From contig NC_043000.1 in assembly GCF_006345805.1 (NCBI RefSeq), forward strand, positions 76,446,001 through 76,510,000: a stretch of DNA of 64,000 nt, read 5' to 3'. The first letter of the stretch is position 1; each line of letters starts with the position of its first letter. A program made the translations under genes and the position numbers. The notes under the pieces were generated by a model. The model was not told where the DNA came from, did no database searches, and worked only from the letters and a program-made list of their open reading frames with translations. Below, piece after piece: positions 23,541 to 37,699 of this stretch. Source of the stretch: Octopus sinensis (Eukaryota).

Positions 23541-26500
23541 GGCCGTCAGCCTGTGAAGTCATACGTATTGGACCTCCGTAATTTGTGTCTAATCAAGCAT
23601 TTCCGCTGGTTGCAGCTCGTTTATTCAAAATTTTATTTAATAAGTATTTTGCTTACCTTATCTGACTCGTGCCGGTAACATTTTGTGTAATTGCATCCCC
23701 TTTTTGGGAATGAAAAAATTGTTTTGCATTTTTTGTGAAAACATGATTTTATTCATTTTCCAATTTGAAAAATGTCAGATTTGGAAGAAATAATAATAAT
23801 CGACCAAGAGCAGCGTTCTGTTGACCCCGACCAAGAGCAGCGTTCTGCTGAAACTCCGAAAACAAACGCAGCTGAAGGTGAAATAAATTTCTCGCCAAAG
23901 AGATATATAATTTCCTCTTGTTGCTACGACGACAGTAACAAATGCAAAGGTACTGGCGGCAACGATAATGACGACGACAACTACAGTTGCAGCAATAATG
24001 TGAACAGCAGCAGCAGCACCGCCGCCCCCACCCAAACAGCAGAAACAATGTGAACAGCTACTGTATCAACAACATCAGCAACAAGCTGAAGATCGAAAAC
24101 AAGAAAAGCAGCATGAACAACAAGATTGAAAACAACAACAGTGATAACTGTGGAAAACAACCACAACGACATCATCAATAATAACAACAGCAGTAGCAGC
24201 AGCAATAATAACACAGTGAACCTCAACAAAGCTAATTGGACTATTTTTGCAGTGGATACACTAGCGTATCTAGAGTGTATGCCACCCGGGGTGGCCCTTC
24301 CGTTTACTGCCCGCGAGCCCTCCACAAAAACTACATGTTGCCTACAGCAGACCCAATAGTGGTGCCGCCCAGGGTGGACCGCCTCTTCCGCATCCCTCTA
24401 GCCATGCTAATGAGTGGATGATTTAAAAAATATGGCACTGAAATACAAGAGCGACATTATGAAACCAGGTGTTACGTGTCTTAGTGAGGAGGAGAAAAAA
24501 CCTCCGAAAGACGAACAATTGTTTATAAATGTGTTTTTTGCAAGGAGAGGAAACTTAAATTTCCTACTCCAGCAGGGACTGAAAAATGTGTGGTCCTCAG
24601 TGCTACACATACAGAAAGGTGAGCAAGGAGCCAGAAGACTGGCTAATATAACTTGCACGTCTCAGTCTTTTGTAATGATTTCCCATTACATGGGTGAAAG
24701 GTTGACTCGAATTCGAGTCTAGAGCGTATGGGTCACCATGATCCGGCGAGGGTTTTAGCCATTCTGGAGGAGTATGGGGAGATTGTGGAGGTGAAGTCCA
24801 CTCAACAAGACTGCAATTCTTATGGAATTTCAGATACTAGTTTCTCCAGAAGAAATAAATCGCATTCTCGACTTTTACTGTTTTGGGGAATGTAAACAGA
24901 CACCAGTTTCTATAGAAGGAAAAAAAACCCAGAAGTGTTTTGTGTGTGGCAATTCGAACCACCTCAAAGCCTTTTGCCTCGCGGTGGAGAAAGCACGAAG
25001 CTCTCCACCGTTACTACCAACTCTTCAAGGTGGTGAAAAAAACTGTTACCTCGCATTTGCCTCCTTCTTCCGACTCAGGCCTCGCAAAAGCAAAATTCTC
25101 ATTGACCTCGCACCAAAAGGGCGTTGTCGGAGATAAGAGAAAGACTGAATATGAACCAAACAGAGACCGGCCCAAATTGAAAGCCCTGAGGCATGACGGT
25201 AAAAAACAAAATCCGTCACAACACCAATTTAAAAACAAATCAACACCAACGTCAACATCTTCATCACAAGACAATCCATTTTTACAAACACATTCATAAC
25301 CACAAAAAAACACGAAAACAAAAAGAAAAACAACAAAAAAAAATGACCTGCAGTCATATTCGGGTACATGATTCCTTCATCAACTTCACAGTTGTTCAGA
25401 AAAGTAACATTGAATTGATTGAGGAAGTAGTTAAGAAAAAACATTACAAGTGGAGAAGGTTTTGGGGAACTCCTCCTGAAAACTCCAACGGGCAGGATGT
25501 TAATTCAAACAGATACGGACATGTATCTTGATTTGAGAGAGAAATTCCCACAGGACACTGGAGGGTTCAGTAAGTACCCCCCAAAAATCTTCCGAGAAAA
25601 ACCTTTCCCCACTACCCCATCGACCAGTAAGAAGACAGTGTCAACAGTCATCCCTGGAGACCAAGGTACGTAATTCCATTTTCTTTCCTCTAAGTTAAAT
25701 GGCTGTGTAAATGTTCGGGGCCTGGGTTCGGCTTGGAAGGCGGGTCACCTGCTCAATGATCTCAGGTCTTTAAATTTAGATGTGACAGCAATTAGTGAGA
25801 CGCGTATTGCCGGGAAACATGCTGTTGCAACCATTTTCGAAGACTACGAAGTATTCTCATCTTGTGGTCTATCGGGAGCGGGCGATGGCGTGGCAGTATT
25901 ATTTCGAAAATCCTTAGGTCTCAAAGTAAGGGCAAACTTCTTCGATGATGGTCCTAGATGTGAATGGCGGTGAAGATTGGTGGCCGTGTATGCTCCGACA
26001 GGGGTTGGGAGGCTAGATTTCTTCAGGCATCTAGAAACATTCCTGGGAACGTCTCGCACTTTAGTACCAGTGGGAGACTGGAATAGTATTTTGGACGCAT
26101 GGAAGGACTGTGTGGGTTTATTACATAGTAGAAGGGGGTGTAAAAGCTTTGAAAACCTGCTCAGTACTTTCCAGCTTTCTGACAGGTATCGATTGGATTT
26201 CCTTGATGTGTCAGCGTGGACATGGAACAATCAGAATGAGTTAGCCACATCGTATCTTCAAAGAGTATTTGTTAGGCTACATAGACCGCAATTGGTCGGC
26301 TACACAGACCACAAATTTGTGATCTGCACATTCGAAATAGACAGGGACCCGGTTACTGGAAGTTGAATGCGTCCTTTCCAGTGCACAAAGACTACTAGGA
26401 CCAGGTTAGTGAACTTCTTAAGCGGCAGTTGACGGGGGCAATCGTTAACAACCGGTGGTGGATAGCCCTGAAGAGGGCGATTAGAGCAGAATGAATAGAG

Positions 26501-29172
26501 TTTAGCAAAGATTTAGCAATAGAAAGAAACAAATTAGAGGGAGAACTAGTTAATAAACTAGAAGAGGCTATTAGTAAAGGCATCGCGACTAACGTGTTAG
26601 CGGCGAGAATGGCTCTTGACCATTTCTTTGAGGCGAAACACGAAGGTTGTGTAGTCAGAGCTAAGACCCGTACGCTAAAACATGAGGGAACTAAAGGCGT
26701 CCGATGGGCTCGAAATGGAGACGCCACGTGGCAATAAAACCACGATCGTGTCTTTGATGGATCGAGACGGTCGGTTCTGAGCAGATGTATGCGGCTTTTC
26801 AGCAGCAGTTCGAGCAACTGCTTGGAAGGGAAGGTGGGTCAACAACGGTAGCGAACTTTACTTTGTACCTAGATGGCCTGCCGCTGCTATAGGCAGCGGA
26901 TTCGAGATTCTGCGTAAAGCCGATAACGGCCACTAAAATACGAGAGGCGATGAGCGATTGCATAATTCGCAATCGCTGAGTTTAGATGGTCTGCCCTATG
27001 AATTCTATGTATTCATGCCAAATTTGTTTGGCGACCTCTTGGCAGACGCTTACCGCAACTGGCAAAAGAACGGGAGACTTCCCATGGCTGTTAGTCGGGA
27101 TGTTGTAACACTGCTGAAGATGGACGCCGATAGTGGGGACATACTAGGGAATTTTCTATCCATAACTCTGCTAAACTCCGAGTTTAAGATTTTGGCCAAG
27201 GTGTTAGCGAAAAGGATAGCGTTTGTCACTGGTAGTCTAGAAGGTGAAGCACAAACGTGCGCAATCCCGAATAGGTCTGTCTACGACAAACTCCATCTTA
27301 TGCTATACATCATAGAGAGGGCCGGGACTAAAACTGGCTTCGGTGGGGTCCTGATTAATTTAGATCAATCAAAAGCATTCGATAGGGGCGACCAACGCTA
27401 CCTGGAAGCCGTCCTTAAAGCGGCCGGTTTCGGACTCGTTTTCAGAGGCTGGATCGCTGCAATGCACAGAGACACCTGCTCGGTGGCCATCTATCGGAAG
27501 CATTTAGCATCGCCCGCCCGGTCCGTCAGGGCTTCCAGCTGTCACCTCTTCTGTACGTGCTAGTTCTTTAGCCACTGCTGCAAAAGTTGGAACAATTGAG
27601 AGGCATTCCTTTTGAACTGGAACTTGGAAGATCAGTGTCGGCGTACGCGGACGACGTCACTGTCATGATGCCTCTGAAGTGGAGACTGTCGGATCCATTC
27701 AATATGAGTTGGTTGCAGTGGCTAAAATCAATGCCGAGAAGTCGGTAGGATTGCGACTGGGTACCTGGAGAGGCAGGTCGATACCGTCTGAAGACGTCGT
27801 CGGACGCTGGACTGACGGACCAGTTAAACTGCTCGGGGTCTGCTTTGGTCCTGTCCTCCAGGTGGATAAGGACTGGGACGAGGTGACGAACAGGGTGACC
27901 AGTCTAACCCAAAAATTGGCCGAGAGGAAGCTGTCCTTGAAAGGTCGGGCAGAGTTGGCAAATGTCTATATCGCCTGCGTTATCATTTATCGTCTGAACG
28001 TCGTACTTTGTCCTAGTTATTGCTTCGGTCTGCTGCCAACTCCCTCTGCGTGGCAGCTTAGGTATGCTGTGGTTTTTAATGCGCAGACACGCACTCGGTT
28101 TTCGCCACCTGCAACGATTTCTAGTAGGTGAACGTGTGTGAGCACCTTCTGTGAGGCACGTATTTCCGCAACTCTATGACCGAGTTGCTGTCCTGGGTGA
28201 AGATAGGACGAGACTGGGCACCTGGCACTTAGAATGTTGTCAGACAGTCATTGTCCTCTACTAGTCGGGTAATAGGATCGGTGGATGTTTCACTTTAGCC
28301 ATTTAAAGAAGATTTGTAGCGGGAAGGTGCGACGACATCCTAGGGAAGACGGTGGGCGTTGACGAAGATGAACTCACTAGTCTGTGCCGGAGGACTTTCC
28401 GGTCAGTGACTATTATGGATAATTTCCAGATGTCTTTGGCTAGGCAGTGTAACCGGGGGCCGCTGCCAATTCGAAATAAACTCTACAGGCACGGATGTGT
28501 TGTCAAATGGGCTTGTCCGAAATGCTCGCATAGCGACGAAACCGTTCTGCATGTACAAGTTCAGTGTCCGGGAAAAGCTGACTTGTGGAGTTATGTCGAA
28601 CAGCTGCTGTCGTGTGTGGGACGGATCCGTTTGTCGTCCGAGTCCATAAATATGATTGCCCCGCCGCCCTCCTTTATTCGGGCAGGCAAGGCAGTTTTCC
28701 TTTGCCTGTTGCTGTGGCGAAAGATGTTGTCTGGTGGACGAGGCTGAAAGGAATGAGGGTAGAGACATTCCTCTTTGTTAAAGCCCTCATTGACTTTTTC
28801 AAGTTTCACTTGAAAAGAAAAGTGAGGGTGGAGAGGGAAGTGCTGTCCTCAAGTGAATTTATGAAAAGGTGGGTGAAAGTTGCGAGACAGAGGAAAGGAG
28901 TTGGAAAAAGTATTTGTCCTTGGTATTCAGGGTGATCTTTGATGGTGGTATTCCTTGACCACCCCTAGTGGTCCTCCTGTATTAGGGTGTCTCCCCCAGC
29001 ACAATATTTTTTCCTTATTGCTGTATACTATGTATACTTCACTTCTTTTAATGTATACTGTGTATTCTTCCTTTTTATTTCATATCATTCCAACATATGT
29101 AACCCCCATACTTTATGTCTGTCTTTGTATTGTCCCCTCATCCTTCGCCCTGGTAGCAAATAAATCATCATC
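23541..29172 (+). mobile_element. L1/Tx1-like copy D, full-length (~5.6 kb) but disrupted
   Basis: Begins right after (ATT)n with GGCCGTCAGCC. ORF1 from 23772 has a CCHC knuckle CFVCGNSNHLKAFC (~24936-24977). ORF2 from ~25700 has GCVNVRG, VAVYAP, GDWNSILD, LDQSKAFDR, SAYADDVT and CPKCSHSDETVLH. Ends AATAAA + (CAT)n/(ATT)n. Confidence 0.92.
25700..28935 (+). pseudogene. Disrupted ORF2 (APE + RT) of Tx1-like copy D
   Basis: Fragments 25782..25973, 25977..26366, 26958..27563, 27679..28131, 28352..28747 and 28585..28935. Confidence 0.85.
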
Positions 29173-29329
29173 ATCATCATTATTATTAAATTTAGGTCAT
29201 TAGAGTGTGTCTCTAATTTTTATTATTATATTTGAAACACAACAATATAACTGTCACTAATTGGAAAAATAATCTACATTAATTAGTTTTACAACTTACT
29301 GTATTATATATGTGGGACAAGAATAACCA

Positions 29330-29335
29330 TATATG

Positions 29336-29369
<34 letters not shown>

Positions 29370-29389
29370 TGTATGTATGTATGTATGTA

Positions 29390-29424
<35 letters not shown>

Positions 29425-29561
29425 ATGTATGTATGTATGTATGTATGCATGCATGCGTGTATGTATCTGGTTGTGAGTGTATGCATATAATATATTTGTA
29501 TATAGATATATGTATATAAATATATGTATACATACGTACATACATAAACACACACACACAC

Positions 29562-29620
<59 letters not shown>

Positions 29621-29633
29621 CACACACATATAC

Positions 29634-29702
<69 letters not shown>

Positions 29703-29760
29703 AAGGTATACATCTATATGCATTCATTCATACACACATGTATACATGCATAGATACATA
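29330..29760. repeat. Compound (TATG)n/(TG)n/(TA)n microsatellite
   Basis: Directly visible. Confidence 0.95.
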
Positions 29761-30112
29761 AATACGCCAGATTGAAGTGTAGGCACAAATTACAGGTAGT
29801 TATTACATAATTAGATATTGCACGCTATAGTAATTACCATCAGCGTCACTGACATCACCATGATCAACAGGAACATGACAATTCTCTCTTTTCACCATCG
29901 TCGCAACAACACCATCCCCACTCACCCCATTAACATCACAACCAGCGTCATCCAGACTACTTTCATCCTCGACACCCACTACCTCTACCATCAGCACGTA
30001 CACACCACTACCACCATCATCACCACCACGACTAACACTGACATCACCTGTACCAGCAGCAGCAGCGGTACCACCATCACACCACCACCTGCTCTACCTT
30101 AACCACCACCAT

Positions 30113-30168
<56 letters not shown>

Positions 30169-30419
30169 GTAGCAGCAGCAGCACCACCACCACCACCACC
30201 ATCACCAGTAGCAGCAGTAGCAGCCCCCACCACCACGACAACTATTATCACATTTATGCAAACAACACAAGAAATCTCTTTGGCCAGTCAGAGTACACAA
30301 CATGCTCGATACAATGTATTGAGTTACTGTTAGTCTTTCGATGACTAACTGTAACAAGTGAATACAGACATACATAGAACACACACACGTACACACACGC
30401 ACACACACATACACACACG

Positions 30420-30475
<56 letters not shown>

Positions 30476-30949
30476 TAAAAGAAAAATGGGCGAAGACAAA
30501 TACAGGTATATCCTATATCAAAAAATCACTTTTGATTTATTGAAATTATCTTCGCCTTTAGAAGATGTGCCAGAATTACCAAATGGAAATTAAGATCAGC
30601 ACAGTTTGAGAAGGAGAGATAATCACAAGAATGAAGATTTCTCTAAAGACATTGCATTAAAGAAGAGGACTCGTTTTGGAGAGAAGAACACGATTTGCGA
30701 TAAGTGCTTCTGCCTCAGTAAGTGCCTTTAGCACTATAATTGTTCTAACCTATTTCCAGCAGCCAATGGACATACACAAAACGACTAGTAAAACATATAT
30801 GGCGTGAGTAATTTCCATAAATTAAGCAAAAATGAGATCAGAAGATAGAAGTATATCAAGTATCATACAACATAAACTCGTGATTTATAAAAATTGTCAC
30901 CGTCTCTATACGTGTGTGTATGTATATATATTTATATATTCTTTTATTT

Positions 30950-31140
30950 TTTAACTTGTTGCAGTTATTTGACTGCGGCCATACTGGAGCACCGACTTAA
31001 AGAGTGTTAGCCAAAGAAATAGAGCCCAGGACTTATTCTATCGGTCCCTTATGTCGAACCGCTAAGTTACGGGGATATAAACACACCAACATTGGTTGTC
31101 AAGCGATGATAGGGAGATAAACACGGACACACACACATAC
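30950..31140 (-). mobile_element. 3' half of a SINE (same family as 51655-52100)
   Basis: gactgcggccatactggagcacc...ccaggacttattc...gaaccgctaagttac...gttgtcaagcgatg matches 51680-51870. Confidence 0.75.
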
Positions 31141-31172
31141 GCGCGCGCACAGAAATATATACATACATATAC

Positions 31173-31244
<72 letters not shown>

Positions 31245-31251
<7 letters not shown>

Positions 31252-32760
31252 ATTAGAGATAAAACCACTATTAGGCAAATCAAACAATGAAAAACATAAG
31301 CCAATACATAAAATTAATTAATTTATATTATTTTAAATATATATCAAAAGTATTAAAAATTTTATAAAAGATAAAGAGTAAAACACTACGATCGTTTCAT
31401 GGCTGTACAATTCGTAATAATTCGAGTTATGGTTACAGTCAATCTTCAGGTTAATTGAAATATCTAAAATATAATCAGAAATATTTAAACAATATTTTTA
31501 AGATATAAATAATATAATAATTTTACTAATAAACTCTATTATCAAACTAGAAACATAAAACTTAACAATTATGATTATATCAAAATCGACTATAATGTTA
31601 AATATTAATTTTAATTTATAAGGTAGGAAACCCACCAATAATCTAATATCGGTATTAGTCTATATCTAATTACATAAATATTTAAAAATGACTAATATAT
31701 ATAAATTATCAATGAAAATATATAAATGTATATAAATATTAAGATCTAAAATAATCTCTATAAATAAATATATATGCACATATAATAAAAACCTAATAAA
31801 TTAATTTTTCATATTTAAAGATGAAATAGCTAATTTCAAAATACAAATAAACAAACTTAAACGAACTTTCGGAAATTTTATGTAAAATACTTATAGAAAT
31901 AATCAATTCGTAGTAATATAGTATCGAATAAATACTATAAATACTATAAATATAATTATCAATGGGAATAACTAGCGAATATCAATTTAAAGAAATAACT
32001 AAGTTATGCTATTAAATTAGACATGGCCTGGACCAATCTTTAGTCGAAACATATCTAAGTTTATCAAAGTTTATCTAATTTAATTATAAATTTAAAACTA
32101 CAATTAATACTATTAAAACATGTATATACAAGAGCCCAACTTAATACACCTCGTATGCTTGCTATCAAATAACAAATCTATCGCTAAGTAGTATCTTACG
32201 AATAAACTTAAATTTAATATCTAATAATATAGAAAATTACGATAATTAGATCATTATATAAACAACGATATTTACATAAGGAAAATATTATTACACCAAA
32301 GACTTATACAATATTAAAATTTACAATTTGAAGATCTTAAATATAAATAAATACTTATCTTAGCGAGGTTTAGCAATATATATATATGTACTTAATCATA
32401 TCAAAGGGAAATGGAAATTAATAGGAATTTTCATTTCCAGTGGCCTAACGTGTAAAAATTTTGTCCACAGACTATGTATTAGTCATAAAATACAGTGTAC
32501 ATTTAAACACACAAGGAATCCACTCCTGGGATTCAACACGCAAGAAAGAGCAGCTAGGTTCTATAACCACAAAATTAGGGATAAAATTCGATAGGAACGA
32601 AATGAAAAAATAAAAACATTTTACCATCTAGTTTCCTGGACCAATTGGTTTCTTATTTTAGTCTAGCAAGTAAATAACATTTACCTGCTAGGTGAAATCG
32701 TTCTCAACAGGTACACCTTAGATTAAATATATAAACACGAGGCGATCAACTATATGCCTC
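31245..32760 (-). mobile_element. AT-rich probable Penelope-like terminal repeat/3' region next to (TA)n
   Basis: Contains a PLE-type hammerhead motif (31383-31452) near an end abutting a (TA)n tract. No ORF is recognisable and the inner boundary is uncertain. Confidence 0.4.
31383..31452 (-). ncRNA. Type I hammerhead ribozyme motif (PLE-type, weak helix I)
   Basis: CTGAAGA-T-TGACTGTA...TACAGCCA-T-GAAAC-GATC-GT-A, with palindromic helix III ACGATCGT. Helix I is only ~2 bp. Confidence 0.6.
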
Positions 32761-32805
32761 TTGTTTTTTTATTGCCGGCGAAGGGCTGTGTCTGCGCAGC
32801 AGATT

Positions 32806-32852
<47 letters not shown>

Positions 32853-32855
<3 letters not shown>

Positions 32856-34775
32856 GGGGAGGGGAGTTCACGAAAAAGCCCAAAAGACGAAGACAGGTGG
32901 TGTACAAAACAAACAGATCTATTAGTATAACGCTCTGGAATTGAAAACGTCTTTTACGTTTCGAGCCTACCCTCTTCTATAGAAATGAACACAGAAAAAA
33001 AAACAAGGAGAGAATCAAGGAGAGAAAAAATGTGTGTAGTGGCTACCGATCTATCATGCCTACTGCCGGACAGAAGGGTCACACAGGAGAGCGAAGAAGT
33101 AGGGGAGATAACAAAGTAAAGATGACCCCCAACACGAAGGTGCATGTGTGTATATGAGAGTATGTATGTGCGTGTGAAAGATGGCTGGTGGTCTTGATGT
33201 GTGCGTGTATGTATGTGTAGGTGTGAAAATGTGGAGATGGGAATAGGTCAGTGCTGGTGTGTGGGTGGTGTGTTGTGATGTGATGTGTAATGTTGTATAG
33301 TGTAGTGTGGTGTGGTGTGATGTTGTTGGGAGGTGGGGAGGCGAGAGTGGGGAAAGCACGGGTGGGGTATGGGTTCGGCTGAGGGTTGGGGTAGAGTTGG
33401 GGTATGTGGGTGGGCAGAGGGTGGGATAGAGGTGGGGTTTTGGAGGTAGGAAGAGGGTGGGGGTAGAGGTGGGGTATGTGGGAGAGGGTGTAGGGGATAG
33501 GATGGGGGATGGGAAGGATAGGGAAGGTGGAGTAGGAATGTGTAGGGGTGGAGTGGGCTTACGGGGGAGGGTTGGCGATGAAGGGGGAAGGGGAAGGTGG
33601 ATATGTGAGGAGAGAGAGTAACAGAGAAGAGAGAAGAGAGAAGAGAGAAGAGAGAAAGAGAGTTAGAGAGAAAGAGAGAGTGGAAGGGTAAGAGAGAAGG
33701 TGAAAGAATAAGAGAGAAGAGAGAAAGAGAGTAAAGAGAGAAGAGAGAAAGAGGGAAGAGAGTAAGAGAGAAGAGAGAAGAGAGAAAGAGAGTAAGAGAG
33801 AAGAGAGAAGAGAGAAGAGAGAAAGAGAGTAAGAGAGAAGAGAGAAGAGAGAAGAGAGAAAGAGAGTAAGAGAGAAGAGAGAAGAGAGAAAGAGAGTAAG
33901 AGAGAAGAGAGAAAGAGTAGGGGTGAAGAGAAGTAGAAGTCGGGGCAAGAGAGGAGAGTTGGGTGAGAGGAAGTAGGAGGGAGGGGGAGAGAAGCAAGGG
34001 GAGGAGGTTAGATGAAGAGGAGAGGAGAGTTGAGCCCAAATGGCGTAAAGGAGCGAAGAGAGAAGATTAATCCCTGTTCACGGCGCAAATGGGAGTCAGG
34101 ATGGCAAGGACAATCCGAACAGGAACAGGTGTTGCAAAGAGTGACAGGTATAGCGGAAATGGCGTGAGACCGAGGGGAGGGGTCGGTTACGGAAGATGTG
34201 TGAAGTGGACGGGTCGGACTGGAGATGCTGGAAAGCTCGGAGAATGGTACGTTGGAGAGGTAGGGTGGTGGGGTGGTAGGTGAGGGGAAAATGGCGGCGG
34301 GAGACTGCAGGGCAGGTTCGTGGGGAAAGAGCAGATGCACGGTCTACGGAACGTGCTCTGGCAAGGGCAGTGTGGATAGTGGTGAGGGGATATCCACGTA
34401 GGATGAAGTGGCGAGCCATTTGTTGAGACTTAGTCTCAAAGTCATGGTCGTCACTACAGAGCCTGCGTAGGCGGAGGAATTGGGAACAGGGGATGGAAAG
34501 CTTGGTGTGTTTGGGGTGGGAGGAGGAGAAGTTGAGGTATGAATGTGAGTCTGTGTGTTTGTAGTGGATGGAGGTGGTAAGAGTGGAGTGATGAATGCTG
34601 ACCGAAATGTCAAGAAAGGAGATAGAGGTGTCAGAGATAGTGCAGGAGAAGTGGAGGGCAGGATGGAAAGATTTGACAGAAGAGAGGAAGGAGTCTAGAT
34701 GTTCGTGGAAGAGTGAGGTGGCACCGATACAGTCGTCAATATAACGGCCATATAGTTCGGGAGTGGGACCATGTG
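32853..34775 (-). mobile_element. Penelope-like (Neptune-type) copy P1: RT fragment with endonuclease deleted, purine-rich 3' region, terminal repeat
   Basis: ORF 34096..34821 has YGRYIDD, FLDISV, YKHTDSHSYL and SQFLRLRRLCS. The terminal segment gagcctac.ctcttc is shared with P2 and P3 and ends in (TA)n. Confidence 0.9.
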
Positions 34776-34925
34776 CGCGCGTATGTGTGTGTGTGTGTGC
34801 CCGTGTTTGTCGCCCTACCATCGGTTCGGCATAAGAGACCGATAGAATAAGTACTAGGCGTTAAAAGAATAAGTCCTGGGCTCGATTTCTTTGGCTAACA
34901 CTCTTTAAGTCGGTGCTCCAGCATT
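34776..34925 (+). mobile_element. SINE 3' half
   Basis: ggttcggcataagagaccgatagaataagtactagg...gtcggtgctccagc; reverse complement of the 30950-31140 and 51655-51870 type. Confidence 0.7.
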
Positions 34926-34955
34926 ATTTATTTATTATATATGTATATATATATA

Positions 34956-35007
<52 letters not shown>

Positions 35008-35054
35008 TATATATAATATATATATATATATTATATATATATTATATATATATA

Positions 35055-36000
<946 letters not shown>

Positions 36001-36132
36001 ATATATATATATCACAATCAAGGAACGGCCATAATAGGCCATTCACCCACTAGAAATAACAGCCAAAGCTTCAACCGCCAAATAACATCAATTCCGTAAA
36101 CCAGGAGAAAATTAAAATACATTTACCCTGTA

Positions 36133-37699
36133 ATTTCTTATACGATGCACCGTTTCATCTACTGTTTAATGGTAAACTAACCTGATTAAATTAAATCAAG
36201 CCAATCTTCCATAGGCCCTTAGAATCATCAGTAAGAAATAGCCAAGTCGGAACAGATATTTTCACGAGGCATTTCCGTCCCTGCCTCGGCAATATCTGAC
36301 CTAAAATTTTCAAATCATCGCACTCGCGCCAAATTTATCGGCAGCAAATAAATATAAGCCGCCGATTCCATTACGGAATTAACCAGAAAGTTCATAATTA
36401 ATCAATATAGGGTGGCAAAAAATTTTGTAGAATTTTTTTGCCACCAGCGGCCTAGTGGGAAAAAATTAAATAGTCATAGACCATTCTTAAGTTCAACATC
36501 ACAATCAAGGAACGGCCATAATAGGCCATTCACCCACTAGAAATAACAGCCAAAGCTTCAACCAACCGCCAAATAACATCAATTCCGTAAACCAGGAGAA
36601 AATTAAAAAACATTTACCCTGTAATTTCTTATACGATGCACCGTTTCATCTACTGTTTAATGGTAAACTAACCTGATTAAATTAAATCAAGCCAATCTTC
36701 CATAGGCCCTTAGAATCATCAGTAAGAAATAGCCAAGTCGGAACAGATATTTTCACGAGGCATTTCCGTCCCTGCCTCGGCAATATCTGACCTAAAATTT
36801 TCAATCATCGCACTCGCGCCAAATTTATCGGCAGCAAATAAATATAAGCCGCCGATTCCATTACGGAATTAACCAGAAAGTTCATAATTAATCATATAGG
36901 GTGGCAAAAAATTTTGTAGAATTTTTTTGCCACCAGCGGCCTAGTGGGAAAAAATTAAATAGTCATAGACCATTCTTAAGTTCAACATCACAATCAAGGA
37001 CGGCCATAATAGGCCATTCACCCACTAGAAATAACAGCCAAAGCTTCAACCGCCAAATAACATCAATTCCGTAAACCAGGAGAAAATTAAAAAACATTTA
37101 CCCTGTAATTTCTTATACGATGCCACCGTTTCATCTACTGTTTAATGGTAAACTAACCTGATTAAATTAAATCAAGCCAATCTTCCATAGGCCCTTAGAA
37201 TCATCAGTAAGAAATAGCCAAGTCGGAACAGATATTTTCACGAGGCATTTCCGTCCCTGCCTCGGCAATATCTGACCTAAAATTTTCAAATCATCGCACT
37301 CGCGCCAAATTATCGGCAGCAAATAAATATAAGCCGCCGATTCCATTACGGAATTAACCAGAAAGTTCATAATTAATCATATAGGGTGGCAAAAAATTTT
37401 GTAGAATTTTTTTGCCACCAGCGGCCTAGTGGGAAAAAATTAAATAGTCATAGACCATTCTTAAGTTCAACATCACAATCAAGGAACGGCCATAATAGGC
37501 CATTCACCCACTAGAAATAACAGCCAAAGCTTCAACCGCCAAATAACATCAATTCCGTAAACCAGGAGAAAATTAAAAAACATTTACCCTGTAATTCTTA
37601 TACGATGCACCGTTTCATCTACTGTTTAATGGTAAACTAACCTGATTAAATTAAATCAAGCCAATCTTCCATAGGCCCTTAGAATCATCAGTAAGAAAT
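36133..37699 (-). ncRNA. Four type I hammerhead ribozyme copies on the minus strand (36133-36239, 36624-36730, 37108-37215, 37593-37699)
   Basis: Reverse complement of the motif at 38177-38283. Copy 3 has a 1-nt insertion in helix III and copy 4 a 1-nt deletion in helix I. Confidence 0.8.

Noticed and set aside
23541-23640. HDV-like ribozyme at the Tx1 or R4 5' ends
   Set aside because: I could not find the P1 complement or the nested pseudoknot by eye.
29279-30543. ORFs rich in YI/HT/CV/poly-Q/poly-H here and at 612-1078, 18131-18746, 47395-49719, 51787-52576, 61250-63288
   Set aside because: These are translations of microsatellites, which lack stop codons by construction.
31245-32760. 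AT-rich block as a mitochondrial insertion
   Set aside because: No mitochondrial gene, rRNA or tRNA motif was recognised, and a PLE-type hammerhead motif is present.
36012-36500. 486-bp unit as a tandem Helitron (starts TC after A; hairpin followed by CTAG-T)
   Set aside because: CTAG is not at the unit boundary (about 43 bp follow before the next TC) and neither array end stops at CTAG. The hammerhead fold explains the unit better. Kept only as a minor alternative.
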